Below are positions 10,225 to 18,461 of a DNA stretch of 64,000 bases, piece after piece. The DNA comes from a virus (taxonomy: Duplodnaviria; Heunggongvirae; Uroviricota; Caudoviricetes). The notes under the pieces are model-generated. The model was given only the letters and a program-made list of their open reading frames with translations. It did no database searches and was not told where the DNA came from. Location: IMG/VR virus record IMGVR_UViG_3300031857_000071, positions 18,271 through 82,270 of that record; one strand, written 5' to 3'. The position numbers were made by a program, and so were the translations under genes. Within the stretch, counting starts at the first letter, position 1. The number at the start of each line of letters is the position of its first letter.

Positions 10225-12260
10225 ACTACTACGATGCCGCCAGAATAAGAAAAAAAGGCTTCGCTAATTTAATGACAGATAAACTGACTTCAGGTCAGGG
10301 TATTTTTTCATCTAGACGAGATGCTTTGTCTGAAATGTCAAAGGCAAATTCTTTGGCTATGAAAGAACGTTTCGATCCAATGAATATTGCCAAGTTTCTC
10401 ACTGGCGGTAGCACTTTAGCACCAGCAATCGTTGGTCGCCTCACAGGCAGAAGCAAAGAAGATATTGGTTACTTTGCAGGTAAAAGACAATACCAATATA
10501 CACCAAGACAGTCGAACTACTGGCAAAAGTTTAATAGTCCAAATATGGGTGGAGGTGGCTCAAAGAAAGCTACACAGATTCTGGAAAAGATGGTCTCATT
10601 TATGGAAAAGACCAGATATGATGATGTGAAAGAGCAAGATACACTTGATTCTTATAATGAACTCAATGAATACATGAGAGCAGAGAACCACAAAGAAGTG
10701 GTGAATGTATTCAAAGAGGCAATTAAGAACAAACGCAAAGTCATGAAACACATGGCTAAAGAAGCAAAGAAACGTGCGGCTTACGAAAATTCTGTGAGTA
10801 AAAGAACACAAGCGGCGGAACGAAAGGCTCCTGCGCCTTCGGCTCCTTCAGCACCAACACCAGTTCCAGTACCCAGACCACCAGCACCGGCTCCTGCACC
10901 GGCTCCTAGACCACCAGCACCGGCACCTGCACCGGCACCTGCACCGGCACCTGCACCAGCACCAGCACCGGCTCCAGCACCGGCTCCAGCACCTAGACCA
11001 CCAGCACCGGCACCTGCACCGGCTCCAGCACCTAGACCACCAGCACCTGCACCGGCACCTGCACCGGCTCCAGCACCTAGACCACCAGCACCGGCTCCTG
11101 CACCGGCTCCTGCACCGGCTCCAGCACCTAGACCACCAGCACCGGCTCCTGCACCCAGACCACCAGCACCGGCACCCGCACCAGCACCTGCACCGGCTAG
11201 ACCACCTACTGCGGCACCTGCACCCCCAGCACCGGCTAGACCACCTACTGCGGCACCTGCACCTCCAGCACCCGCTAGACCACCTACTGCGGCACCTGCA
11301 CCACCAGTATCAATTCCACCGAGTGCCGCAATAGTTGGTGCCTTTGGGGTTGGAACTGTTGGTGCCGCTATTGCTGAAAAAATGGCCAAAAAAGAATCTG
11401 CCGGAGGTAAACCGGATTCTTATTATATGGCCAACATAGTAAGAGGAGGAACCAAAAGTGACACATCCAATTCATTTAGAATAATAAAAGGAAATATTGA
11501 TGTGACAACTGGCCAACCTTATCCAAAAGATTTGACTGATATGACCATAGCTGAAGTAGTTGAACTTGCCAATAGGAGGAGCCAACATTTTGACAAAGCA
11601 GGAGCCGGAGCGGCTATGGGTAAATATCAATTTATGCCACAAACGCTTGCCGGTAGATACGATAGGAAAACAAACACCTTTTTGCCGGGAGTAGCACAAA
11701 AAGTTTTCGGTCCTTGGGCAATGTATCAACCTTTTTCTAAAGAAAATCAAGAGATAATGCAACAGTTTTTGATGCGGGCAAATGCAAGAGCATTAATGAA
11801 AGATAATTTACCAATAACTGATGCAAATTTGTACATGTTACATTTTTCAGGTAATACAAGCATGGTGAGAAAAATGATGGCCGCAAATGATACTGATAGT
11901 ATGTCCACCATATTATCACCTGCTGCCGTCATAGCGAATAAAACAGTAGCGAATATGACTGTTGGTGAGTATAAAAGAAAAATTTTGAATATTTTTGACT
12001 CCAAAGTTATAACCTATCAGCAACTCACAGAAGGTATTAATGTTCCCACACCAACAGGAACACTTGAAGATTATCAGGCTGGAATGAGACTACAACAAGC
12101 TGAAGAAAAAAGGGCTGAAATGAGGTCAAGATTCCGAAGATCCGAAATACTACAACAAAACGGTGTTATGGTCAATCAAAACAACATTACAAATAGACAA
12201 AGAAATGTGAATGTGAATTCGGCACCTTTACAAGAATTAAATCCAAGAATAGGACACTAA
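10221..12260 (+). CDS. Large virion protein with three parts: a conserved N-terminal domain, a roughly 150-aa Pro-Ala repeat linker, and a C-terminal lytic-transglycosylase-like domain. Candidate hub/tape-measure or ejection protein.
   Basis: PAPAPAP/PRPPAPAPA repeats. SLT-like motif E(VVELANRRSQHFDKAGAGAA)MGKYQFMPQT fits E...GLMQxMPxT. The first 90 aa are paralogous to the next gene. Confidence 0.5.
   Translation: MNYYDAARIRKKGFANLMTDKLTSGQGIFSSRRDALSEMSKANSLAMKERFDPMNIAKFLTGGSTLAPAIVGRLTGRSKEDIGYFAGKRQYQYTPRQSNYWQKFNSPNMGGGGSKKATQILEKMVSFMEKTRYDDVKEQDTLDSYNELNEYMRAENHKEVVNVFKEAIKNKRKVMKHMAKEAKKRAAYENSVSKRTQAAERKAPAPSAPSAPTPVPVPRPPAPAPAPAPRPPAPAPAPAPAPAPAPAPAPAPAPAPAPRPPAPAPAPAPAPRPPAPAPAPAPAPAPRPPAPAPAPAPAPAPAPRPPAPAPAPRPPAPAPAPAPAPARPPTAAPAPPAPARPPTAAPAPPAPARPPTAAPAPPVSIPPSAAIVGAFGVGTVGAAIAEKMAKKESAGGKPDSYYMANIVRGGTKSDTSNSFRIIKGNIDVTTGQPYPKDLTDMTIAEVVELANRRSQHFDKAGAGAAMGKYQFMPQTLAGRYDRKTNTFLPGVAQKVFGPWAMYQPFSKENQEIMQQFLMRANARALMKDNLPITDANLYMLHFSGNTSMVRKMMAANDTDSMSTILSPAAVIANKTVANMTVGEYKRKILNIFDSKVITYQQLTEGINVPTPTGTLEDYQAGMRLQQAEEKRAEMRSRFRRSEILQQNGVMVNQNNITNRQRNVNVNSAPLQELNPRIGH
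10840..11300. repeat. Tandem nucleotide repeat (units like ccagcaccggctcctgcaccggct) encoding the (PA)n/PRPPAPAPA linker
   Basis: Directly visible near-identical 6-30 nt units over about 460 bp. The antisense GA-rich ORF 10781-11389 is an artefact of it. Confidence 0.85.
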
Positions 12261-12261
12261 A

Positions 12262-13674
12262 ATGGATTACAGAGTAGCAAGCAATATCAGAGGTAAATCT
12301 CTATCGTCAATGATGGCGGATAGAATCGCATCCGGTGGTTCTATTGGATCATCCATTAGAAGTTCCATCTCCGATAAACTGAAAGCAAGGGCAACCGGTG
12401 TCAAAGAAAAGTTTGATCCAATGAATATTGCACGTGCAATGACGGGTGGCGGTAGACTTGCTCCCGCAATTCTCGGTAGACTCACTGGTCGTTCACAGTC
12501 TGACATAAATTATTTTGCGGGTGATAAGAACAAAAAGGGTAGAAGTTACACACAAATTCCAACCTACATGAACACACCAGGTGAAGGCCTTGGTGGTTCA
12601 GCCGTTGATGTATTAAATAAAATGCTTGCATTCATGGTTAATTCCCGTGCAAGTGACTTAAAGAAAAAAGAAACGGCAAAACAATTTCTCGAAGAACAAA
12701 AGGTTGAAGAACAGCGCAGACAAGATGAATTCTTAGAGTTATTGAAAGTATATACCTCTTTAGGCACATCCACAGTGATAAAAGCCGAAGAAGGTGAAAA
12801 CATGATGGATAAGTTTAAGAGAATGCTGGATGCTCTTGCATATAAATTTCAAAAGATGTTGGATGCAATCAATGTCTTTAAAAATGCTAAAGCATTGGCT
12901 TCTCTTGTTGGTCTTCTAACTAATCCTCTCGGTTTGGCCATAGGTGCAATTATAGCCGCAACTTATGGATTGCAAAAATTAGCCGATAAAACACCAAACT
13001 TCTCCGTTCTTACACCACAAGAAGCACAGAATGTTTTGAACAGTAAAGATCCATTTGCAATTCAGCAAGAAGGTGGATATGATAAACTTGCCAACATAAT
13101 ACGAAATGGACCAGCAGAAGCACAGAAAGCATTGGACGATTTTAAGGCTGGAAGAATAACAGAACCTGAAATCAATAAATTGGGTGGTGTAACAAAACTT
13201 GAAGAAATTGCCAAACAAACCGGACTTGCGGTTCCCGAAAACGTAGCACTTCCAGATAAAGTTCAACCCAGACCTATAAGCCGTGGCCAAAGTCAAATGA
13301 TGTGGGACCAAAGATATGGTAAAGATTACAATCCAGATGGAACAAGAAAACCAACACAAGTTCCAAACACTGGCACATCACCGGCCGCCACGCCCGTACC
13401 TAATACACCACCGCCACCGCCAGCATCAAATCAATCAAGCGCAGAACCGGTTCAACAAACACCTGTTTCTGCAAGAATGAATAATGCTGTAGGTGAAAAT
13501 CAAGATTTGAATTTGATGGTAAATATGGACACACAAACGCCTGTGGCACCTATCATAACAACAAACACAAGTTCTGTTGATTTGCCTGATAGACCTATTC
13601 CTGCTACTGCATTAGTACGTGACAGGACTCCGATTCTTGCTCATGTTCTTAACGCATCTTTAGCACCAGTATAA
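12262..13674 (+). CDS. Virion protein paralogous at its N-terminus to the preceding gene, with a different C-terminal region
   Basis: N-terminus ...KFDPMNIARAMTGGGRLAPAILGRLTGRSQSDINYFAG versus ...RFDPMNIAKFLTGGSTLAPAIVGRLTGRSKEDIGYFAG in the upstream protein. Confidence 0.45.
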   Translation: MDYRVASNIRGKSLSSMMADRIASGGSIGSSIRSSISDKLKARATGVKEKFDPMNIARAMTGGGRLAPAILGRLTGRSQSDINYFAGDKNKKGRSYTQIPTYMNTPGEGLGGSAVDVLNKMLAFMVNSRASDLKKKETAKQFLEEQKVEEQRRQDEFLELLKVYTSLGTSTVIKAEEGENMMDKFKRMLDALAYKFQKMLDAINVFKNAKALASLVGLLTNPLGLAIGAIIAATYGLQKLADKTPNFSVLTPQEAQNVLNSKDPFAIQQEGGYDKLANIIRNGPAEAQKALDDFKAGRITEPEINKLGGVTKLEEIAKQTGLAVPENVALPDKVQPRPISRGQSQMMWDQRYGKDYNPDGTRKPTQVPNTGTSPAATPVPNTPPPPPASNQSSAEPVQQTPVSARMNNAVGENQDLNLMVNMDTQTPVAPIITTNTSSVDLPDRPIPATALVRDRTPILAHVLNASLAPV

Positions 13675-13675
13675 A

Positions 13676-13704
13676 AAAAGCCCGCACAAGGCGGGCTCAA
13701 AACT
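13676..13704. terminator. Bidirectional rho-independent terminator between convergent genes
   Basis: aaaaaGCCCGCacaaGGCGGGCtcaaaac hairpin, A-run on one side and T-rich on the other. Confidence 0.6.
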
Positions 13705-13721
13705 TTCGGTCAAGGAGAGTT

Positions 13722-14603
13722 TTATTCTTCGGCTAGCTTAGAGAAATAAGCCAAATCATCATCATCTTCAGCAATACCGGCATCCGCCATCACTGGCGCA
13801 GGCTTACGTGGCATTGCTTTAGCTTGTTCAACTGTAGTCTTTGCGGCTACTGGTGAACCATCAAGGCCGAGAACTTTATCAAGGCGTGCCTTCAACTCAT
13901 CATAAGACTTGAAGTTTTCTGGTGCAAGGAACTCTTTGAGGGAGTATTCTTTCTTCCAGATTGCTTCTAGCTTCTCATCGTCATCCAACAATGCGGATGG
14001 AGATTCGAATTCAGACTTATCATAGTTCTGATAGCCCTCAACTTTACGAATCTTGAGTTTGAAGTTTGCACCAGCCCACATATCAAAAGGATTAATTGGC
14101 TTTTCATCCTCAAAAGCAGGATTCATTGCTTCGTTAATCTTATCAAAGATTTTTTTTCCGAACTTGTAAAGGAAAACTTTACCTTCGTTCTGAGGATTCT
14201 TAGAATCTTCAACAACGTAGATGTTAGCCATGTAAGACAGGCGGCGCTTTTGCTTACGTGCAACTTCCTTGTTTGCTTCGATGCCAGAGTTCCACAACTG
14301 AGAGTTGTATTCAGAAACTGGATCTTTCTGACCAAGAGTGGTCAGTGAGTTTTCGATGTACCAGCCACCAGGTCCCTGGAAGCCGTGATTGAAAACTTTC
14401 ACCCATGGTAGGGCGTCATCACCATCAACGGAAGGTTGAGGAAGAAAACGAATAACTGCATAACCGTTACCAGCCTTATCGACTTCGGGTTTCCAGAAAT
14501 TATCTTCTTTGGTTGGGGATTCGGTCGTATTGAGTTGCTCAATAGCCTTTGCGAGTTTGTCCAGGTTGCTGGAGTTACGCTTGAGATTTGCGAATGAAGA
14601 CAT
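13722..14603 (-). CDS. 32: Single-stranded DNA-binding protein gp32
   Basis: GNGYAVIRFLPQP, VFNHGFQ, EGKVFLYKFGKKIFDKIN and an acidic C-terminal tail. Colinear with T4 gp32. Confidence 0.85.
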   Translation of the reverse strand: MSSFANLKRNSSNLDKLAKAIEQLNTTESPTKEDNFWKPEVDKAGNGYAVIRFLPQPSVDGDDALPWVKVFNHGFQGPGGWYIENSLTTLGQKDPVSEYNSQLWNSGIEANKEVARKQKRRLSYMANIYVVEDSKNPQNEGKVFLYKFGKKIFDKINEAMNPAFEDEKPINPFDMWAGANFKLKIRKVEGYQNYDKSEFESPSALLDDDEKLEAIWKKEYSLKEFLAPENFKSYDELKARLDKVLGLDGSPVAAKTTVEQAKAMPRKPAPVMADAGIAEDDDDLAYFSKLAEE

Positions 14604-14686
14604 AGTATTTTCCTTGTATAAACGTTGTATTAAATGTATTTCGAATTATCCACATATATCATAATGTATGAAGTATATAGGCGAAA

Positions 14687-15169
14687 TCAAAGATACATCT
14701 TCAGCATTGCGATAGTAGAAACGGCATCTGTGTGAAGTATGCCAATACCACCGGCTTTGTTCCAATCATCGATAACGGATTTAGTGTCATCGATAATGAT
14801 GGAATCTGGAGTAGCATACTTGTATTTCAGGGATTTACCTGGAACAAAGTTTGCTTTGTAGTGAATGTTGTGCTTGTTCAACCACATTTGTTTTTGTGGT
14901 GCAATCATTCCGTGATTTTCAGGTCGTGCAGTTGACGAAAGGATTTCTTTAGGTACATCAAAACTGTTCAAGTAACTCAGGAGTTCAAGTGCATCAGGCA
15001 TGAGGTCAAGTGTACTGAATTCACCATCTTCAATGAACTTTTTGAAGAACCCATTAAATTCTTTATTGCTTCGTGTTTCCTCTGGTGTCGCACGGAACTT
15101 TTCCTTGTAACGTTTAGAGAAATCTGCAATCACGCCATCCATATCAACGTAAACGGTTTGTATTTTCAT
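14687..15169 (-). CDS. HAD-superfamily 5'(3')-deoxyribonucleotidase-like protein
   Basis: N-terminal VYVDMDGVIADF (DxDxV motif), about 160 aa. Confidence 0.5.
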   Translation of the reverse strand: MKIQTVYVDMDGVIADFSKRYKEKFRATPEETRSNKEFNGFFKKFIEDGEFSTLDLMPDALELLSYLNSFDVPKEILSSTARPENHGMIAPQKQMWLNKHNIHYKANFVPGKSLKYKYATPDSIIIDDTKSVIDDWNKAGGIGILHTDAVSTIAMLKMYL

Positions 15170-15774
15170 GTTGTAGTCAGATTTAAGTTTTTCTTAAGTA
15201 TTGCAAGCATCTTGGGTTTATCAAAGTTTAAGAATGGTTTATACTTCTCACAACTCTTGACGAATTCTGGAAAGATAATGTCATCATCAACTTTTTTAAC
15301 CCACATGGGCAAGAAGTTTAATAACTCATTTAAGATAATTAAAGTCTCTTTAGCACACATATCTTGCATATAAAGATTATACAACAACGGGTACTGTTTG
15401 TCAACCACCCTGAGCAATTCTTCCGGATTGTTTACCGAATCGAATAGCCTGTGGAGGTCTTGTTCAAAAACATAGGAGAGGGACTGTTGGGTTTTTTGCC
15501 ACACCTTGTATTCGGACTCCGCATCCTCGGACAGAAGGTCACCCACCCATATTTTTGGATTCACTAGCATATTGGCAACAAAAAAACCAAAGAGTTCATC
15601 ACGCTTGTATTTTCTGGACAGTTTATAGAATTGAAACTTGTCCTTACGGAGCATGAATTGGTCTTTGGTTACATTTGTTTTGCCAGAATACTTCACATAA
15701 TCATACTTTGAAGTGAAATGTAGTTTCAATGCATGAAACAGAGCATACGCTTCAAAACCACCGGCTTCACTCAT
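15166..15774 (-). CDS. 59: gp59 helicase-loader protein (loads the gp41 helicase)
   Basis: KYDYVKYSGKTNVTKDQFMLRKDKFQFYKLSRKYK parallels T4 gp59 KYDVIKYNWCMRVSDAAYQKRRDKYFFQKLSEKYK. Lies upstream of gp32 as in T4. Confidence 0.7.
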   Translation of the reverse strand: MSEAGGFEAYALFHALKLHFTSKYDYVKYSGKTNVTKDQFMLRKDKFQFYKLSRKYKRDELFGFFVANMLVNPKIWVGDLLSEDAESEYKVWQKTQQSLSYVFEQDLHRLFDSVNNPEELLRVVDKQYPLLYNLYMQDMCAKETLIILNELLNFLPMWVKKVDDDIIFPEFVKSCEKYKPFLNFDKPKMLAILKKNLNLTTT

Positions 15775-15992
15775 AATGGCAACTTATTCACTTTCTTAAT
15801 CATATTTGCGGCTTGTGCTTCATCAGAAATTTTGGCTTTGATTGGTGCAGTGAGAAGTGTTGCGGCAATCTCTACTTCAAAACCAGTTTCTTCACAGTGT
15901 AGAATAATAGCATCCATATAGGGTATTCTTTTCTTTTGCACAATTTCTTCAATAATGGCTGAGAACTTTCGTTGTTCTTCCTTAGTGGCCAT
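15771..15992 (-). CDS. Hypothetical protein
   Basis: 73-aa ORF coupled to gp59. Confidence 0.3.
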   Translation of the reverse strand: MATKEEQRKFSAIIEEIVQKKRIPYMDAIILHCEETGFEVEIAATLLTAPIKAKISDEAQAANMIKKVNKLPL

Positions 15993-16207
15993 TATTTCTT
16001 ACCCATTGAATAAGCAATGCAAACAGCATTCGTGGCAGTTTCATACGCACACTTAACGGAGATTGGATCGATACCTTTTTGGATAGCTGATTCAATATTC
16101 TTTGCCATGTTGTTACGATCATTGATGTTGTAAATTGTAAATGCGGCGATAGATGAACACACTGCAAGTGTGATACAAACAATAACCGTGATAACTTCTT
16201 TTTGCAT
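15992..16207 (-). CDS. Small single-pass membrane protein (about 72 aa). Start trimmed to the ATG just after the SleB-like stop.
   Basis: TM segment VITVIVCITLAVCSSIAAFTIY. The track ORF 15992-16273 overlaps the hydrolase gene and probably starts at the internal ATG at 16205-16207. Confidence 0.35.
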   Translation of the reverse strand: MQKEVITVIVCITLAVCSSIAAFTIYNINDRNNMAKNIESAIQKGIDPISVKCAYETATNAVCIAYSMGKK

Positions 16208-16208
16208 T

Positions 16209-16763
16209 TTAGATGACTCCTTTGTTTCTGTCAATTTCGTCTTTGTTGCTTCTGTAGAAGATGTGTCTGCCAATTTGGTCTACCTTTTTTAATTTCCATT
16301 GTGGATTAACATAGTCTGCATGGTAATATGTTGCACCGTTTGTTACATCGGTTTGATGTTCAAAGTTGATGACCATATTAATTGCTAACTGACGAATCTC
16401 ATTATACAACGAGGTGCCTCGAATTGTCAACTGTTTATCGGTACTTTTCTTCTCACAATACCAAGAGAATTGACATACACCACCGGTTTTCTGATACACT
16501 ACTCCGCAAATGTCATTCGCATAATTACCTGTTCTGAGCCTATTAAATGTAACGAAAGCAACGGCTTTCTTGCCATCGAGTGGCTCATTTGCGGCTTCAA
16601 AATAGATATTATCAGCTAGGCAAGTTATTTGTTTCTGTGTCTCCTTATCTAAGGAATGAAAACTTGCCTTGAATGGTAAATTATATAAATCTATATTTAC
16701 CATTGACAGTGATATGATGACTGCGGAAAATAGTATGCTTAAAAGTATTGGTTTACTTTGCAT
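16209..16763 (-). CDS. SleB-family cell wall hydrolase with signal peptide
   Basis: N-terminal hydrophobic signal. C-terminal GATYYHADYVNPQW resembles the SleB/Hydrolase_2 signature. Confidence 0.6.
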   Translation of the reverse strand: MQSKPILLSILFSAVIISLSMVNIDLYNLPFKASFHSLDKETQKQITCLADNIYFEAANEPLDGKKAVAFVTFNRLRTGNYANDICGVVYQKTGGVCQFSWYCEKKSTDKQLTIRGTSLYNEIRQLAINMVINFEHQTDVTNGATYYHADYVNPQWKLKKVDQIGRHIFYRSNKDEIDRNKGVI

Positions 16764-16774
16764 TTTTATTTCCT

Positions 16775-17079
16775 ATGTGTTGAACATGGTGGTTGGTTAT
16801 TCTGTTACGAGGAAACCAACCGAAACCCTAGTCAGCGTTTAGGCTGCCAATGCGAACTTTTCATCGTTTGCGTTTACTTTGATTTAGTTTTTACACCTGC
16901 TCTGGTGAGTTGTCCACTTCTGTACTTGTTGCCCTGTCGAAACCTGGTCATCCCCATCAAAAACACACCCCATTACAGCCCTCAGAGGTTTCTTTCATGT
17001 AAGACATGTGTTTTTGGTGGAGATGGGCGGAATCGAACCGCCGTCCAGAACACTTTTCTAGTTGCTTCATACAACCATA
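16775..17079 (-). ncRNA. ssrA: Circularly permuted (two-piece) tmRNA (ssrA). The acceptor piece is upstream and the coding piece downstream. Tag peptide ANDEKFALAA.
   Basis: Acceptor-piece 3' end ...GGACGGCGGUUCGAUUCCGCCCAUCUCCACCA ends at 17015, with a T-arm and 3' acceptor strand. About 60 nt downstream (5' end at 16955) is GGGGAUGACCAGGUUUCGACAGGG, compare E. coli GGGGCUGAUUCUGGAUUCGACGGG. GGGGAUG pairs with CAUCUCC including a G3-U wobble. Tag ORF GCA AAC GAU GAA AAG UUC GCA UUG GCA GCC UAA at 16839-16871. Confidence 0.8.
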
Positions 17080-17085
17080 GCCTCT

Positions 17086-17114
17086 ATTATAGAGGTTTTT
17101 TATTTAGGTGTCAA
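17086..17114 (-). promoter_or_regulatory. Consensus sigma70-type promoter for the tmRNA precursor
   Basis: Minus strand TTGACA - 17 nt - TATAAT, about 8 nt upstream of the inferred precursor 5' end. Confidence 0.6.
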
Positions 17115-17140
17115 GCGTTTTTGTAGTTTAAATGGTAAAC

Positions 17141-17794
17141 TTATGATTTTGGTTTAATACATTCCACACAGAGTGATTCAACTGCTCTTAGTGGATCATC
17201 GAAACGTAATTTGTCGTTCTGGTGTAAATCATAGTTTCCATCAGCATAGCTTGTTCTTCGAACATTTTCAAATCCAATCGAACTGAGAAGCCAGAGAAGT
17301 GTTTCAAAATCATATGTAGCTTTATGGTCGTGGTCATGCATGGCTGAGTTGAACAAAGAACCGCTTGTTCTCATCAAATGGGCCTTTTCTCTGAATCCTT
17401 CCATCTTCATGTAGGTTTCGAAAAAATGCATCTTTTTTGTTTTATATGCATCAATCCAGAACTCTAAATCTGGAACAATCAGTCTCATTTTTCCTCCAGG
17501 TTTTAATGCTCTGAAACATTCCTGTAGTATGAATAGGCCGTCCAGATAACTAACATGTTCTAAGAAGTGTGACTGATATATTCCCTCTAAAGAGTTGTCT
17601 GCGGCAGGAATGTCTTTAGTTAAATCGAAATTTAGATAGAACTTTCCGCTAGGCAGTTGAACAAAATCTTCATGTGGTCCATTAGGTTGAAAATCAATAT
17701 TCAAGTATGGTTCATCTTTATCGTCCGGACCTGAACCAAGATTGTAGTGAGAAAAACGGTCCGAATATTTTTTATATTTTATTGCATTAGTCAT
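17141..17794 (-). CDS. SAM-dependent methyltransferase
   Basis: LKPGGKMRLIVPD-type motif of class I methyltransferases. Confidence 0.45.
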   Translation of the reverse strand: MTNAIKYKKYSDRFSHYNLGSGPDDKDEPYLNIDFQPNGPHEDFVQLPSGKFYLNFDLTKDIPAADNSLEGIYQSHFLEHVSYLDGLFILQECFRALKPGGKMRLIVPDLEFWIDAYKTKKMHFFETYMKMEGFREKAHLMRTSGSLFNSAMHDHDHKATYDFETLLWLLSSIGFENVRRTSYADGNYDLHQNDKLRFDDPLRAVESLCVECIKPKS

Positions 17795-17795
17795 A

Positions 17796-18461
17796 TCAAT
17801 ACTGTAGTGCTGTCATATATTTAAATTCAGTTAGGTTTGTGATATCACCATAACCACCAACAGGCATGAGATTAAATGCTAAACTATAACGGGACTTGTT
17901 CGTATCATTCTTCGGAACAAAGTGCGGTAGATGAGATGGAAATATGATGAGCCTACCTTTAGATGCAGGTACAGCAAAATGATAGATAGAAAAATCATTT
18001 TGTATTTTATGATTCTTTTTTGGAATCATCTGAAACATTGCAGAAGTACCTGCATTTTTTTCGAATATTAATGCCGAATTTTCATCATATTCATCGTCAA
18101 AATACAACACACCTGAAATAAAACTATTCGGATGCACATGTGTTTTGTGTTCTTGTGAGTTAGTCTTGTTGTTGACCCACGATAACACATCAACCAAACC
18201 TTCAACTTCAAAACCCATAACTTCTGTTGCAAATTTTTTGGCATTTATCAGAATGTTATTTCTAATTGACGAAAGTTTTTCTAAACGAAGCACTTGCTTA
18301 TTCTCGGTATTTTCACCCCATATATCGCATACCTTTTCTCCACTTGGGAGTAGTTCTTCCACTCTATTTGTTTTTAATGAATACAATTCATCCTGAATTT
18401 CTTTGGTGATCTCCAGGTTTTGTATAAAAATTGGTGTTGGGAAAATAGGAATAACATTCAT
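17796..18461 (-). CDS. 2OG-Fe(II) oxygenase-family protein (cyanophage-type 2OG-FeII_Oxy_5-like)
   Basis: HKTHVHPNSFISGVLYF ... HLPHFV motif. Paralogous to the next gene. Confidence 0.5.
   Translation of the reverse strand: MNVIPIFPTPIFIQNLEITKEIQDELYSLKTNRVEELLPSGEKVCDIWGENTENKQVLRLEKLSSIRNNILINAKKFATEVMGFEVEGLVDVLSWVNNKTNSQEHKTHVHPNSFISGVLYFDDEYDENSALIFEKNAGTSAMFQMIPKKNHKIQNDFSIYHFAVPASKGRLIIFPSHLPHFVPKNDTNKSRYSLAFNLMPVGGYGDITNLTEFKYMTALQY

Noticed and set aside
10781-11389. Track ORF, minus strand, 202 aa of (GA)n
   Set aside because: Antisense read-through of the Pro-Ala tandem repeat inside gene 10221-12260.
17015-17045. The tRNA-like 3' end (GGTTCGATTCCGCC...CCA) as a free-standing tRNA gene, or as an attachment-site remnant indicating integration
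   Set aside because: No matching 5' acceptor strand or anticodon arm lies upstream. The complementary GGGGAUG strand lies downstream, followed by a tag ORF. So it is the acceptor piece of a permuted tmRNA, not a tRNA or attP.
17081-17105. Hairpin cctctattatagagg followed by tttttt, which looks like a plus-strand rho-independent terminator
   Set aside because: No plus-strand gene ends here. On the minus strand the same bases form the -10 (TATAAT) of the tmRNA promoter, so the hairpin is incidental.
16758-17126. Track ORF, plus strand, 122 aa
   Set aside because: It lies entirely antisense to, or within, the tmRNA locus and has odd composition. Spurious.
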